Shown here in pieces: positions 20,649-29,387 of a DNA stretch of 64,000 nt (the first letter of the stretch is position 1; each line of letters begins with the position of its first letter). The notes beneath the pieces are model-generated. The model was not told where the DNA came from, did not search any database, and worked only from the letters and a program-made list of their open reading frames with translations. Location of the stretch: contig JAFBAP010000156.1 in NCBI GenBank assembly GCA_019247695.1, forward strand, positions 10,298-74,297, read 5' to 3'. Source of the stretch: Verrucomicrobiota bacterium. GTDB taxonomy: Bacteria > Verrucomicrobiota > Verrucomicrobiia > Chthoniobacterales > JAFAMB01. The translations under genes and the position numbers were made by a program.

Positions 20649-22244
20649 TTAATCTGTGTTAATCTTTGGATCGTCTGCTCCGTCTTCTTTCCTCAGCCGG
20701 TACTCGTAGCTGTCGCACAGTGCCAGCCAGCTGGCCTCAATGATGTTATCCGAAACGCCGACCGTGCACCAGGTATCGTGGCGATCGGTCGAATCGATCA
20801 AAACCCGCGTTCTCGAACTGGTCCCTTGATGGGTACCGATGATCCGGACTTTGTAGTCATCAAGCGTAACCTGCTCGATCGTCGGGTAGACCGGGATCAG
20901 GGCTTTGCGCAGCGCGGCATCCAGGGCATTCACCGGCCCGTCGCCTTCGGCGACCGTGTAGATGTCCTCCCGATTCGCACGAAGTTTCACGGTGGCCTCG
21001 CACGTTTCGTAACGGTTCCGGACCGACCGGATGTACGTGCAGTGATATTCAAGCAATTCCCAAAGAGGCGCAGGCGACTCGAGCACCCGCCGGATCAGCA
21101 ACTCAAAAGACGCCTCCGCTGCCTCAAACTCGTACCCAAGGTGCTCCAGGCGTTTCACCTCCCGGAGAATGGCGCCGACTTGCGGCGAACCCTTCTCAAA
21201 GGAGAATCCCATTTCGCGTGCTTTGGCGATGACGTTGCTCTGGCCGGACAACTCGGAAACCACGATGTGCTGATGATTACCCACCAAAGCCGGCTCGATG
21301 TGCTCGTAGCTCCGGGCCATCTTCTGGACCGCATGCACGTGCAGGCCGCCTTTGTGGGTGAACGCCGTTTGACCGACGAACGGCGCACGGATGTTGTGCG
21401 GGCAATTGGCCAGTTCATCCACGAACATCGAAAGATCGCGTAAACGGGTCAGGTCCGGAACGACCTCAAGACCAAGTTTCAGCTGCAGATTCGGAATCAG
21501 GCTCGTCAGGTTGCAATTTCCGGTACGCTCACCGTAGCCATTCACCGTCCCCTGGACTTGCACCGCTCCGGCCCGGATCGCCGCCAGCGCGTTGGCTACG
21601 GCCAATTCGCAGTCGTTATGGGTGTGGATCCCGACCGGCACGCTCAGTTCCTGGCAGACGCGTCCCGTGATTTCGCCAACTTCTTGCGGCAGAGAACCTC
21701 CATTGGTGTCGCAAAGCACCAGGACGTCCGCACCGCCTTCCGCGGCCGCCCGGAGCGACCCCAGAGCGTCTTCCGGATTGTCTTTGTAGCCGTCAAAAAA
21801 ATGTTCCGCGTCGAAAATGACCTCCCGGCCCTGCGCCTTAAGGTAGCAGACTGAATCGCGAATCATGCGTTCATTTTCCTGCGCGTCGACCCCGATGATC
21901 TGTTCGACGTGCAGCCGCCAGCTCTTGCCGACGATCGTCACCACCGGCGTTTGCGCGTCCAGCAGCATCCGGATCTGTGCGTCGGCTGCAGGATCGATGT
22001 TCGCGCGGCAGGTGCTGCCAAAAGCGCAGATCTTGGCGTGATGCCACCGATGCCGGACGGCTTCCCTGAAAAATTCGATATCCTTGGGGTTAGAGCCGGG
22101 CCAGCCGCCTTCAATGTATTCAATACCGAAGGCATCAAGCTTTTGTGCAATCCGAATCTTGTCATGAACACTGAAGGAAATACCTTCACCCTGCGTGCCA
22201 TCGCGCAAAGTGGTGTCATACAAGAAGACCGTCGTCGGATTCAT
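20649..22244 (-). CDS. cimA: Citramalate synthase (LeuA-like family)
   Basis: DTTLRDGTQGEG, EGGWPGSNPKD, FDAEHFFDG, HTHND, HKGGLH, GDGPVNALD. Confidence 0.9.
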   Translation of the reverse strand: MNPTTVFLYDTTLRDGTQGEGISFSVHDKIRIAQKLDAFGIEYIEGGWPGSNPKDIEFFREAVRHRWHHAKICAFGSTCRANIDPAADAQIRMLLDAQTPVVTIVGKSWRLHVEQIIGVDAQENERMIRDSVCYLKAQGREVIFDAEHFFDGYKDNPEDALGSLRAAAEGGADVLVLCDTNGGSLPQEVGEITGRVCQELSVPVGIHTHNDCELAVANALAAIRAGAVQVQGTVNGYGERTGNCNLTSLIPNLQLKLGLEVVPDLTRLRDLSMFVDELANCPHNIRAPFVGQTAFTHKGGLHVHAVQKMARSYEHIEPALVGNHQHIVVSELSGQSNVIAKAREMGFSFEKGSPQVGAILREVKRLEHLGYEFEAAEASFELLIRRVLESPAPLWELLEYHCTYIRSVRNRYETCEATVKLRANREDIYTVAEGDGPVNALDAALRKALIPVYPTIEQVTLDDYKVRIIGTHQGTSSRTRVLIDSTDRHDTWCTVGVSDNIIEASWLALCDSYEYRLRKEDGADDPKINTD

Positions 22245-22373
22245 AAGGACTGTTCCGCTAACTCACATACGGCAAGAATGCAAGGGGCAAGCCGCAGCCG
22301 AGTGCGCCCGTGTACCTGACCGGGCGCTGTGCTGCGTACGCCGGAAAGGCCACGGCATGGCCCGGGTAACCAG

Positions 22374-22907
22374 ATGAAAAAGCTCGCGTTTCTCCTCACA
22401 ACAATCTTCGGTCTGGCCTGCAACGCCCCGGCCGCGCTGCCTGCTCCGCCCAACCTCAAGCTCAATTATATCCGCCCGGAGCGTTTCACGGATTTCCGCA
22501 TGCAGGGACGCCCGGAGTCCGAGAGCGTGCGGATCTTTTCTTATTATGTCTCGCCTCCGCTTTCCCGTGAACTGGAACGTCGCCTGCCGGGGGCACGCCT
22601 CACCCTCACGTTCACCGACATAGATCTCGCTGGAAGGTACGAGCCATGGCGCGGGCCACACTTTTTATACATTCGATTCTACCGCGATTCCACGCCGCTT
22701 CGCCTCGACTTCCAATATACCTTGACCAGCCTGCGTGGAGCGGTTCTGGCGAGTGGTGCCGCCCGCGTGTACGAGGCCTACTACCAGTACTTTGACATGG
22801 GTACCCGTACGGAGTTAAATACCAATCCGGCTTATTACGAAACCAACGCCCTGCAGCGTTGGCTCGGCCGGTTGATCCGAGGCGTGGCGGTCAACGGCGC
22901 ACGGTAA
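22374..22907 (+). CDS. DUF3016-family secreted protein
   Basis: Signal peptide MKKLAFLL..; PERFTD, TFTDIDLAGRYEPWRGP. Confidence 0.7.
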   Translation: MKKLAFLLTTIFGLACNAPAALPAPPNLKLNYIRPERFTDFRMQGRPESESVRIFSYYVSPPLSRELERRLPGARLTLTFTDIDLAGRYEPWRGPHFLYIRFYRDSTPLRLDFQYTLTSLRGAVLASGAARVYEAYYQYFDMGTRTELNTNPAYYETNALQRWLGRLIRGVAVNGAR

Positions 22908-23412
22908 CGGGGGTCCCGACCCGCGCAGCGTCATAGAAACGGCGCGCTGCACCTGCCGGCATGCGGATACAACCATGGGACGCCGGGTAACCCGGAAGGT
23001 AGCCGGCGTGCATGCCAACGCCCCCGTAAATACGCAGGAAGTACGGCATGGGCGCGCCCACGAATTGAGCGCCAGGCGGGCGCGGATCTTTGCGGACATC
23101 GACGTCGGGCCGTACTACGTAGCCATTGGCCACGTAAGCGCCATAGACGCTCGACCGGTGATCGGCATCCTTCTCTATCACCCTGTACTTGCCCGGAACC
23201 GTGTCGTGACCTTCCCGGCCGGTCGAAACCGGCGCAGTCAGCATCAGCTCCCGCCCGGAGTACAAATCGGCACGTTGCTCGTTTAAATCGATCACGATCG
23301 CGACTTTCCCACGTGGTAACCCGTGGAAGTCGTACATTACCTCCTGAAAGGAAGTACAGCCTGCTAACAAAGCCACTAAGAGGAGTAGACCACCTCGAAC
23401 CAAGTTATTCAT
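22891..23412 (-). CDS. L,D-transpeptidase (YkuD) lipoprotein
   Basis: Lipobox LLAGC; HAGYLPGYPASHGCIRM catalytic motif. Confidence 0.9.
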   Translation of the reverse strand: MNNLVRGGLLLLVALLAGCTSFQEVMYDFHGLPRGKVAIVIDLNEQRADLYSGRELMLTAPVSTGREGHDTVPGKYRVIEKDADHRSSVYGAYVANGYVVRPDVDVRKDPRPPGAQFVGAPMPYFLRIYGGVGMHAGYLPGYPASHGCIRMPAGAARRFYDAARVGTPVTVRR

Positions 23413-23586
23413 TGCGCCTGACGTTCGCCGAAAATGCGTTCGGGAATAAAGGATGTCTCTCGTCCGGGACAAGCCCGTCCTTCTCCAAACGCGTCGTCAG
23501 CAAACGGTGTGACCTATTCGCTGAACGCAGCTGCGTCTGTCAAGGCTGCAATGGAGCCCCTTCAATCACCAGTACGTATCACGACT

Positions 23587-24075
23587 ATGACCATCACCAT
23601 CATTAGCGGCGGTCAGACCGGGGTCGACCAGGGCGCCCTCGAGGCGGCGCTGCTCCAGGGCATCCACGCCGGCGGATTCTGTCCTGAAAGCCGCTGTGAC
23701 GAACATGGCCCCATCCCGGAGCGGTACGCCGCCCATCTACGTCCCGTTGAACGCGGCGGCAACCTGGCCCGCACCATCCTGAACGTCGCGCAGGCAGACG
23801 GCACCATCCTCCTTTATTGGCAGGACATCCAGGGAGGAACCGCCGACACCCTTCGCGCCTGCCTCGATTACCGGAAACCGTTTCTGCCCATCGACGCCAG
23901 CGTTACCAGCCATTCTGCCGCCGTGACCGCCGCCCTGGCCTTTATCCTTCGTCACTCGATCGTTATCCTGAACGTGGCCGGCCCGCGTATTAGCGACTGG
24001 GCCGATGGATTCGGCTTTACGCGTGACGTCATGATTCAAGTGCTTCAAACCTTTGGAACGCCTTCCCGGCCGTGA
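23587..24075 (+). CDS. Putative molybdenum-carrier / SLOG-family protein
   Basis: IISGGQTGVDQGAL, RTILNV..DGT, GGTADT, LNVAGPR; start could be 23551. Confidence 0.8.
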   Translation: MTITIISGGQTGVDQGALEAALLQGIHAGGFCPESRCDEHGPIPERYAAHLRPVERGGNLARTILNVAQADGTILLYWQDIQGGTADTLRACLDYRKPFLPIDASVTSHSAAVTAALAFILRHSIVILNVAGPRISDWADGFGFTRDVMIQVLQTFGTPSRP

Positions 24076-25292
24076 GTTGGTTGCTGAATGCCATTTGCCT
24101 CTGCTCGGATGCGGTTTTGCTGGGCCTGCTTGCGAATTTCACCGCTAATTTGCGGTTTGTGTGCCGGCTCAAGCCGCGTGCTCGTCTTGCTAATCCGGCC
24201 GGGTGCCCGCTCGTTTCCGTCCTCGTCCCTGCGCGCAATGAGGAACACCGGATCGAGCCCTGCCTCCGGTCCTTGACCGGCCAGGATTATCCAAATCTGG
24301 AAATCATCGTCCTTGATGATCAATCTGACGACGCCACGGCCAGGATCGCTCAATCCCTGGGGTTTTCGGCTGAAGCCGGCGCCCGCAAACGCCTCCGGAC
24401 CGGCCTGCCGCTTCCGCCGGGATGGACCGGCAAAGCGTGGGCATGCCAGCAACTTGCGGAAGTCGCGCGGGGTGAATTCCTGCTCTTCACCGACGCGGAC
24501 ACGATTCATGGCCGGTCCTGCGTCTCAACGGCCGTCGCCCACGCGGAGGATACCCGCGCCGACCTGCTGAGTTTGTGGCCTTTTCAGATCACCCGCACCT
24601 GGTCGGAGATTCTGGTAATTCCTTTGCAATTCATCGCTGCTGCGGCCGTCTTGCCGCATTGGCTGCTCGCGTTTGCCCAACGGTACCCTGCCGTTGCCCG
24701 CCTCCTCGGGCCGGCGCAGTTGCGCAGCCTCGGGGCCGCCAGCGGCCAGTTTCTCCTCTTCCGGCGCGAAGGTTATTTCGCTTTTGGCGGTCACCGGGCG
24801 GTCGCCGGCCACCTGGTTGAGGATGTCGCCCTGGCGCGCGAGATCACCACGAGAACAGAAAACGGTTTTAGACTGGTAAGCGCCAACGGCACCCACCTGG
24901 TGCGGTGTCGCATGTATAACTCGTTCCCGGAGATGTGGGAGGGATTTACCAAGAATCTGCACCCGCTATTTGAAGGTGACGAATTGCTTTTCCTGATCGC
25001 GATTGCGAGTCAGGCGCTGCTCTTCGTCTGGCCGTTTGTCGTCGTCTGCTGGTGGCGCAGCCCGGCGCTGTTCGTTCAATGGGCCTTGATTTACGGCCTG
25101 CGGACGGCCGCAGCCCGGCTGTACCGGAGTTCGCTCTGGAGCGTCCTGTGGCACCCGATCGGGTACGCCCTGGGGCTGCTGATCGCGGTTAACAGTTACC
25201 GTTGCACCTCAGGCAGGGGAGTCACCTGGAAAGGGCGGCGTTACCGGACCGGTGCCGGAATGACCGCAAGCCACGTCGACACAAATTCATAA
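24072..25292 (+). CDS. GT2 glycosyltransferase (CrtQ/HpnB-like, lipid or pigment acceptor)
   Basis: VPARNEE, DDQSDDAT, PPGWTGKAWAC, FTDAD, EDVALAR, C-terminal TMs, WKGRRY. Confidence 0.85.
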   Translation: MSWLLNAICLCSDAVLLGLLANFTANLRFVCRLKPRARLANPAGCPLVSVLVPARNEEHRIEPCLRSLTGQDYPNLEIIVLDDQSDDATARIAQSLGFSAEAGARKRLRTGLPLPPGWTGKAWACQQLAEVARGEFLLFTDADTIHGRSCVSTAVAHAEDTRADLLSLWPFQITRTWSEILVIPLQFIAAAAVLPHWLLAFAQRYPAVARLLGPAQLRSLGAASGQFLLFRREGYFAFGGHRAVAGHLVEDVALAREITTRTENGFRLVSANGTHLVRCRMYNSFPEMWEGFTKNLHPLFEGDELLFLIAIASQALLFVWPFVVVCWWRSPALFVQWALIYGLRTAAARLYRSSLWSVLWHPIGYALGLLIAVNSYRCTSGRGVTWKGRRYRTGAGMTASHVDTNS

Positions 25293-25360
25293 CATGGATT
25301 TGCCTTGTTTCTTTTACGCCTAAGCCGGTACACTGCGCCTCACCAAGGATCCAGAACGTT

Positions 25361-26653
25361 ATGCCGCCCAAGTTTGGCAATTATCTCTTCCGAAATCTCA
25401 AAAGAGAGGACTCCGGTGAACCAGGCGCGACTCCATCGCCGGCGGTGACTCCGCCTGGCTCGCTTAACCTGGACGAGCGATTGATCGCTCTTACCGAGGC
25501 GGATTTCGTTTCCGACGAAGCGTTGGTACCCGCGCTGGCCTGGGACCAATGCCCAGGCCGCAAAGTTGAGGTGAAGCTGGGCGATACGGAAGGCCTGATG
25601 AGCGGAAGGGTGACCATCCAGGCGGGCGTCCTCCGGCGGGTTGCCGGGCCGTTGGTGCCTCCGGGCGTCCCGGACGATCTGCAGCTGCCGATCTCGCTCA
25701 AAACGGTGGTGCTGCAGATTCATCCTTACCTGCAGCAATCCAATGAGGGAACCCTGCGTCCTGTGGGACCGGACTTCGACACCCCGATCGCCCAGGTCGC
25801 TCGCGAGGATGAAGGCTTCTTCAAGTTAGAGACCACGGCCGCGGCGGAAAAGGCCGGCTTGGACGAAAGACCTCCCGGTACCGGTGCTTCTTCACTTGCG
25901 CCACCTGGTTTTCCATTGATCCGTGAAAAACCTGTTCCACCCCCGGCCGGCGCCGCACCGGAATCGCAGGCTCCTTCCATCCCGGTTACCGTAGCAAGGC
26001 CGCAAGCCCGGACGCCGCGACCGGCGCAAACGGGCGAGGAACGGTCTGACCCGTTTGCGATCCTGCCTTCCGTTGGTCCCCGGCCGTCGTCCGGGCAACC
26101 TTCTCCGCCGGATTTGCCCCCTGCGCCTCCAAAGGAGATTTCAGTCGGGCCTGCGCCGCCCGGGGTGATTATTCAGCCCGTGGCGTCCGCGCCGTCGTCG
26201 CCACCCTCCCCAGGGCTGTCCGGCAAGCCCGGGCGGCGAATCGCCCTCGAGCGTTTGCAGGAGATCTTTATGACCGACGACCTGCTGGACATCCCGCAGG
26301 TCCTGCGTTTGGTCAGCCGGTTTCCACGCGTAACCCTTGCATTTGCCGTGACGCGGGATGGGACCGTCTATGGCGAGGCTCCCGCCCTGGGCGGGTATGC
26401 CGGGCTGGCCGGGGGATTGGTGGACGCCGCCCGGCGCTTCGGACGCCTGGCAACCGGGACTGAATGCCAGGGAATCACGATCTTGAGCGAAAGACCGGTT
26501 AGCATCATCGGAACCGAGAACCTGAGCCTTGTTCTCCTGCACGAAGGCCGCGCCCTGCCTCCCGGTATGAAGGAGCGAGTCGGTGCGATTGTGCAGGCGC
26601 TCTCTGAATTGCTGCCACCGGATTCAACGGAAGGAGGAGCGCCTGCCTCCTGA
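25361..26653 (+). CDS. Proline-rich hypothetical protein with C-terminal Roadblock/LC7-like domain
   Basis: Long ORF with a central Pro-rich linker; C-terminal alpha/beta pattern (FAVTRDG..GITIL..LSLVLLHEGR). Fold call is inference. Confidence 0.55.
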   Translation: MPPKFGNYLFRNLKREDSGEPGATPSPAVTPPGSLNLDERLIALTEADFVSDEALVPALAWDQCPGRKVEVKLGDTEGLMSGRVTIQAGVLRRVAGPLVPPGVPDDLQLPISLKTVVLQIHPYLQQSNEGTLRPVGPDFDTPIAQVAREDEGFFKLETTAAAEKAGLDERPPGTGASSLAPPGFPLIREKPVPPPAGAAPESQAPSIPVTVARPQARTPRPAQTGEERSDPFAILPSVGPRPSSGQPSPPDLPPAPPKEISVGPAPPGVIIQPVASAPSSPPSPGLSGKPGRRIALERLQEIFMTDDLLDIPQVLRLVSRFPRVTLAFAVTRDGTVYGEAPALGGYAGLAGGLVDAARRFGRLATGTECQGITILSERPVSIIGTENLSLVLLHEGRALPPGMKERVGAIVQALSELLPPDSTEGGAPAS

Positions 26654-26738
26654 TCGGCAGTTGTCGCTTTATTCGCGCCGCCGGCGTGGATCGGTGTCCG
26701 GTTTTCTTTTCCCTTTTCTCTTCTGCTGCTTCGCCTTG

Positions 26739-27368
26739 ATGCCTTGGCCGATTTGCTTGTTCTTCCTCGTGCTTGTCAAAAGCATCTCGACAGCGCCGCT
26801 GGTCCCTGTGCCGCCCGCGCCCGCGTCTGCTTCTCCCCCGGCCGTGGTCCATACCGCCTCCCCAACGCCAGGACCGGTAGGGGCGGCACCCGGACAAATG
26901 ACCTTGTTCTCGGTTTACGCAGGCACAAACCAGGAAGATCAACAACGCGCGCTGACGTTACGTTGCCGGTTGGACCACGCCGTGAGCAATCTGGAACCGG
27001 GCGTACTGGTGACGGGAACCGTTGCAGAAGATGTCCTTGGCGATAACGGCAGTATCCTCATTCCCGCCGGGTCAAAGGTCGTGGGTCATGGGTTTTGCGA
27101 TGCCGAACGTGCCCGATTTTTAGGGCGGGGACGCTGGACCTGTTTCGTTGGTGATCACCAGATCAGCGCACTCGGCGTCCTTATGGACGCAGGGCAGAAA
27201 GAAGGGCTGACCGGCACGGAACAGGTTGACGGAGTTGATCCTCTTCAAGTTAAACAAGCCATTTATCGCGACGGAATCTTCCTTTGCGTGCCGGCCGGAA
27301 CCGAATTCCTGATCAGGCTGCAGGGTAAGGTTTCCATCCAGGAACTTGGCTCAGCTTACAATCGCTAA
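26739..27368 (+). CDS. TrbI/VirB10-like beta-barrel domain protein
   Basis: Hydrophobic N-terminus, Pro-rich stalk, TGTVAEDVLGDNGSILIPAGSKVVG and VPAGTEF motifs; start uncertain. Confidence 0.6.
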   Translation: MPWPICLFFLVLVKSISTAPLVPVPPAPASASPPAVVHTASPTPGPVGAAPGQMTLFSVYAGTNQEDQQRALTLRCRLDHAVSNLEPGVLVTGTVAEDVLGDNGSILIPAGSKVVGHGFCDAERARFLGRGRWTCFVGDHQISALGVLMDAGQKEGLTGTEQVDGVDPLQVKQAIYRDGIFLCVPAGTEFLIRLQGKVSIQELGSAYNR

Positions 27369-27493
27369 CCGCCACTGACTGATCGATCCGCGGCGGTGGC
27401 GAGTTGACTCGGCCAAGGCAGGTGCAGACCGCTCGCGTCCGACCGCGGGTTTCAAGCAGCGGGTCCGCTTGCCGGCCGTTTGCCCGCCGGTGT

Positions 27494-27840
27494 ATTTAGT
27501 TAAGGGCCGGTGGATGGGGGGCGCTCTCGTCCCGGAGGGGCGGCTGAGCTTAGGCAGGTCCTTTAGTGCCTGTCAGGGGCATTTAAGAAGGATCACGTCC
27601 CGTCGGGACGCCTGAAACGGTGCCCCGCAGGGTGCCGGCTCCCAAGGAGCCTGCCAAACACGGCGCGACGATCGACGCCAAAACCCGAACGTCCCCCCAA
27701 CCGTTGACACCCGTTTGGCTTGGCGCGCCCCTTCCGGCGTCCCGACGGGACGCAATCTCTGGGGAACACCCGCCCAGCACAGGCACCAAAGTACCTGCCT
27801 AACATCAGCCGTCCCTCCGGGACGAAGGCCACGCCCGGCC
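27494..27840. repeat. REPIN-like long palindromic element
   Basis: Inverted arms TCGTCCCGGAGGGGCGGCTGA..GCAGGT..CGTCCCGTCGGGACGCC versus GGCGTCCCGACGGGACG..ACCTGC..TCAGCCGTCCCTCCGGGACGA; homologous to 40335-40515. Confidence 0.8.
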
Positions 27841-27867
27841 TGCCGCCCCCCTGAGTGCTCGTCGAAA

Positions 27868-28185
27868 GGGGGACAGGTCCGTTTCCGGGGACAAGACAAA
27901 GGTGCATTTTTTCAATCAAAAGCCATGAGGGACAGGTCCCAATGGCCGGCAAGAGCGCAGACGAGAGCCATCAGGGACAGGCCCCAACCCATGACGGGGA
28001 AGAGGGACAGACCCCAAGGCATAAGGGACAGGTCCTGATGATCGGGAACAGGGACAGGTCCCAATAGCACCGGGCTAACAAGGCATTAGGGACAGGTCCG
28101 CCCTTGAGAGGACGAGAGCCATCAGGGACAGACCCCCAGGCATGAGGGACAGACCCCAATGGCACAGGGAAGGGGGACAGGTCCA
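27868..28185 (+). repeat. Irregular direct-repeat array of RGGGACAGRYCC (11 copies)
   Basis: GGGACA cores start at 27870, 27888, 27929, 27974, 28004, 28025, 28051, 28089, 28125, 28146 and 28174. Confidence 0.85.
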
Positions 28186-28422
28186 CCCTTGAGCGGGGGC
28201 GGGGAGACGGCGCGCGGGCGGCGCACTGACGCCCAACCGGCGCGGCATGGGGCGAAACAGGCTCTGGGCCATCAAGCGCCGCGGCCGGGTGGTGCCTGCG
28301 GGAGGCAGCGGTTGAACGCCGCGGCGTGCGTGTGGCGCGTCTCGTACTTGGCTGCCAGGCCGGCGTTTCCGTTTTTGCGTTTCCGATTGCGCCTTCAAAA
28401 GCGCAACAGGCATGCTACGCCC

Positions 28423-28962
28423 ATGCGAATCCTGAGAGTGCTGATCTTCGTGGATGAAGCCAACGTGGTCAGCTCCGTGCGAGCACTCGGTCGAAAACTG
28501 GACTGGCTAAAACTCCGTGATCACCTGGTGAAGGCTGATCGCGGACGCGAATTAATCGAAATGGTGATCTATGCCGGTTTGCCGCCCCTGATGCCGGAAT
28601 GGCAAGTCGAACGAGAGAAAAAGAACAAGTTCCTGCATTGGCTGCGCTCGAACGGATTCCTCGTCTTGGTAAAAGAGGGCTCTCCAGGGGACGGCAGGCA
28701 TTACAAAGCAAATGTGGATGTGTTGATGGCGATCGATGCAGCCGAACTCGCCGTCGAGGTGCGGCCCGAAGTCGTCGTGCTGGTAACGGGAGATGCGGAT
28801 TTCGCCCATCTGGCGTTGCGACTGCGGCGACGCGGCATTCGGGTAGAAGTGGCCGCGGCCGCTCAGACGCTAGGGACGGGGCTGAAAGACGCGGCAAATG
28901 AAGTGATTAACCTGGTGCCTTTGTTTGAAACGTTTGAGCCGATGACGACGGGCGAACCATGA
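28423..28962 (+). CDS. NYN/LabA-DUF88 (PIN-fold) putative ribonuclease
   Basis: IFVDEAN, KANVDVLMAID and VTGDADF acidic residues; ATG 28423 preferred. Confidence 0.88.
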   Translation: MRILRVLIFVDEANVVSSVRALGRKLDWLKLRDHLVKADRGRELIEMVIYAGLPPLMPEWQVEREKKNKFLHWLRSNGFLVLVKEGSPGDGRHYKANVDVLMAIDAAELAVEVRPEVVVLVTGDADFAHLALRLRRRGIRVEVAAAAQTLGTGLKDAANEVINLVPLFETFEPMTTGEP

Positions 28963-28985
28963 TCGGGCTGTCCTCGCCGCATGTA

Positions 28986-29376
28986 ATACCATTTCGACGG
29001 CGATGGAGGTAAAACTTGTCTTCCCTCCCGGGTGCCCCACTGGCGTTAAACCTATCAAACCGTATAAACATTTTAGGCCCAACGGGCCGGTAGAACATAG
29101 CCCCGGGTTTACCCTGGGAAGGCATTTCCCTCCAACCCAGCCCTGAAAGGGCGGCAGAAAGCGTTGCTTGCGGGTTCTGCCAACCCTTCAGGGCTCGATC
29201 GTAATTTGACGGTTACCCAGGTTAAACCCTGGACTAAGTTCGTTTGGCCCTTCAGGCCGTAAGACGGTCTCCCGGCCCGTTGGGCCTAAGGCCGATTCAA
29301 CCAGCTACGGAGCATCCTCCGGTGCCGGCGCCCCCCCTGGGCCGGCATTCTACCGAGATAATTGTCTGAATGGTAT
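28986..29376. repeat. Composite REP-bearing MITE-like element
   Basis: Ends ATACCATTTCGAC / GTCTGAATGGTAT; internal CCCCGGGTTTACCCTGGG, GCCCTGAAAGGGC and CCCTTCAGGGC palindromes. Confidence 0.7.
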
Positions 29377-29387
29377 ACGCCCGCTGC

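Noticed and set aside
27868-28185. CRISPR array
   Set aside because: Core only about 12 bp, irregular 18-45 bp spacing, reused linkers and no cas genes
27573-28413. Short ORFs over the REPIN and array, and the 88-aa N-terminal extension of the NYN ORF from 28159
   Set aside because: Derived from repeats; the NYN domain and a candidate promoter point to ATG 28423
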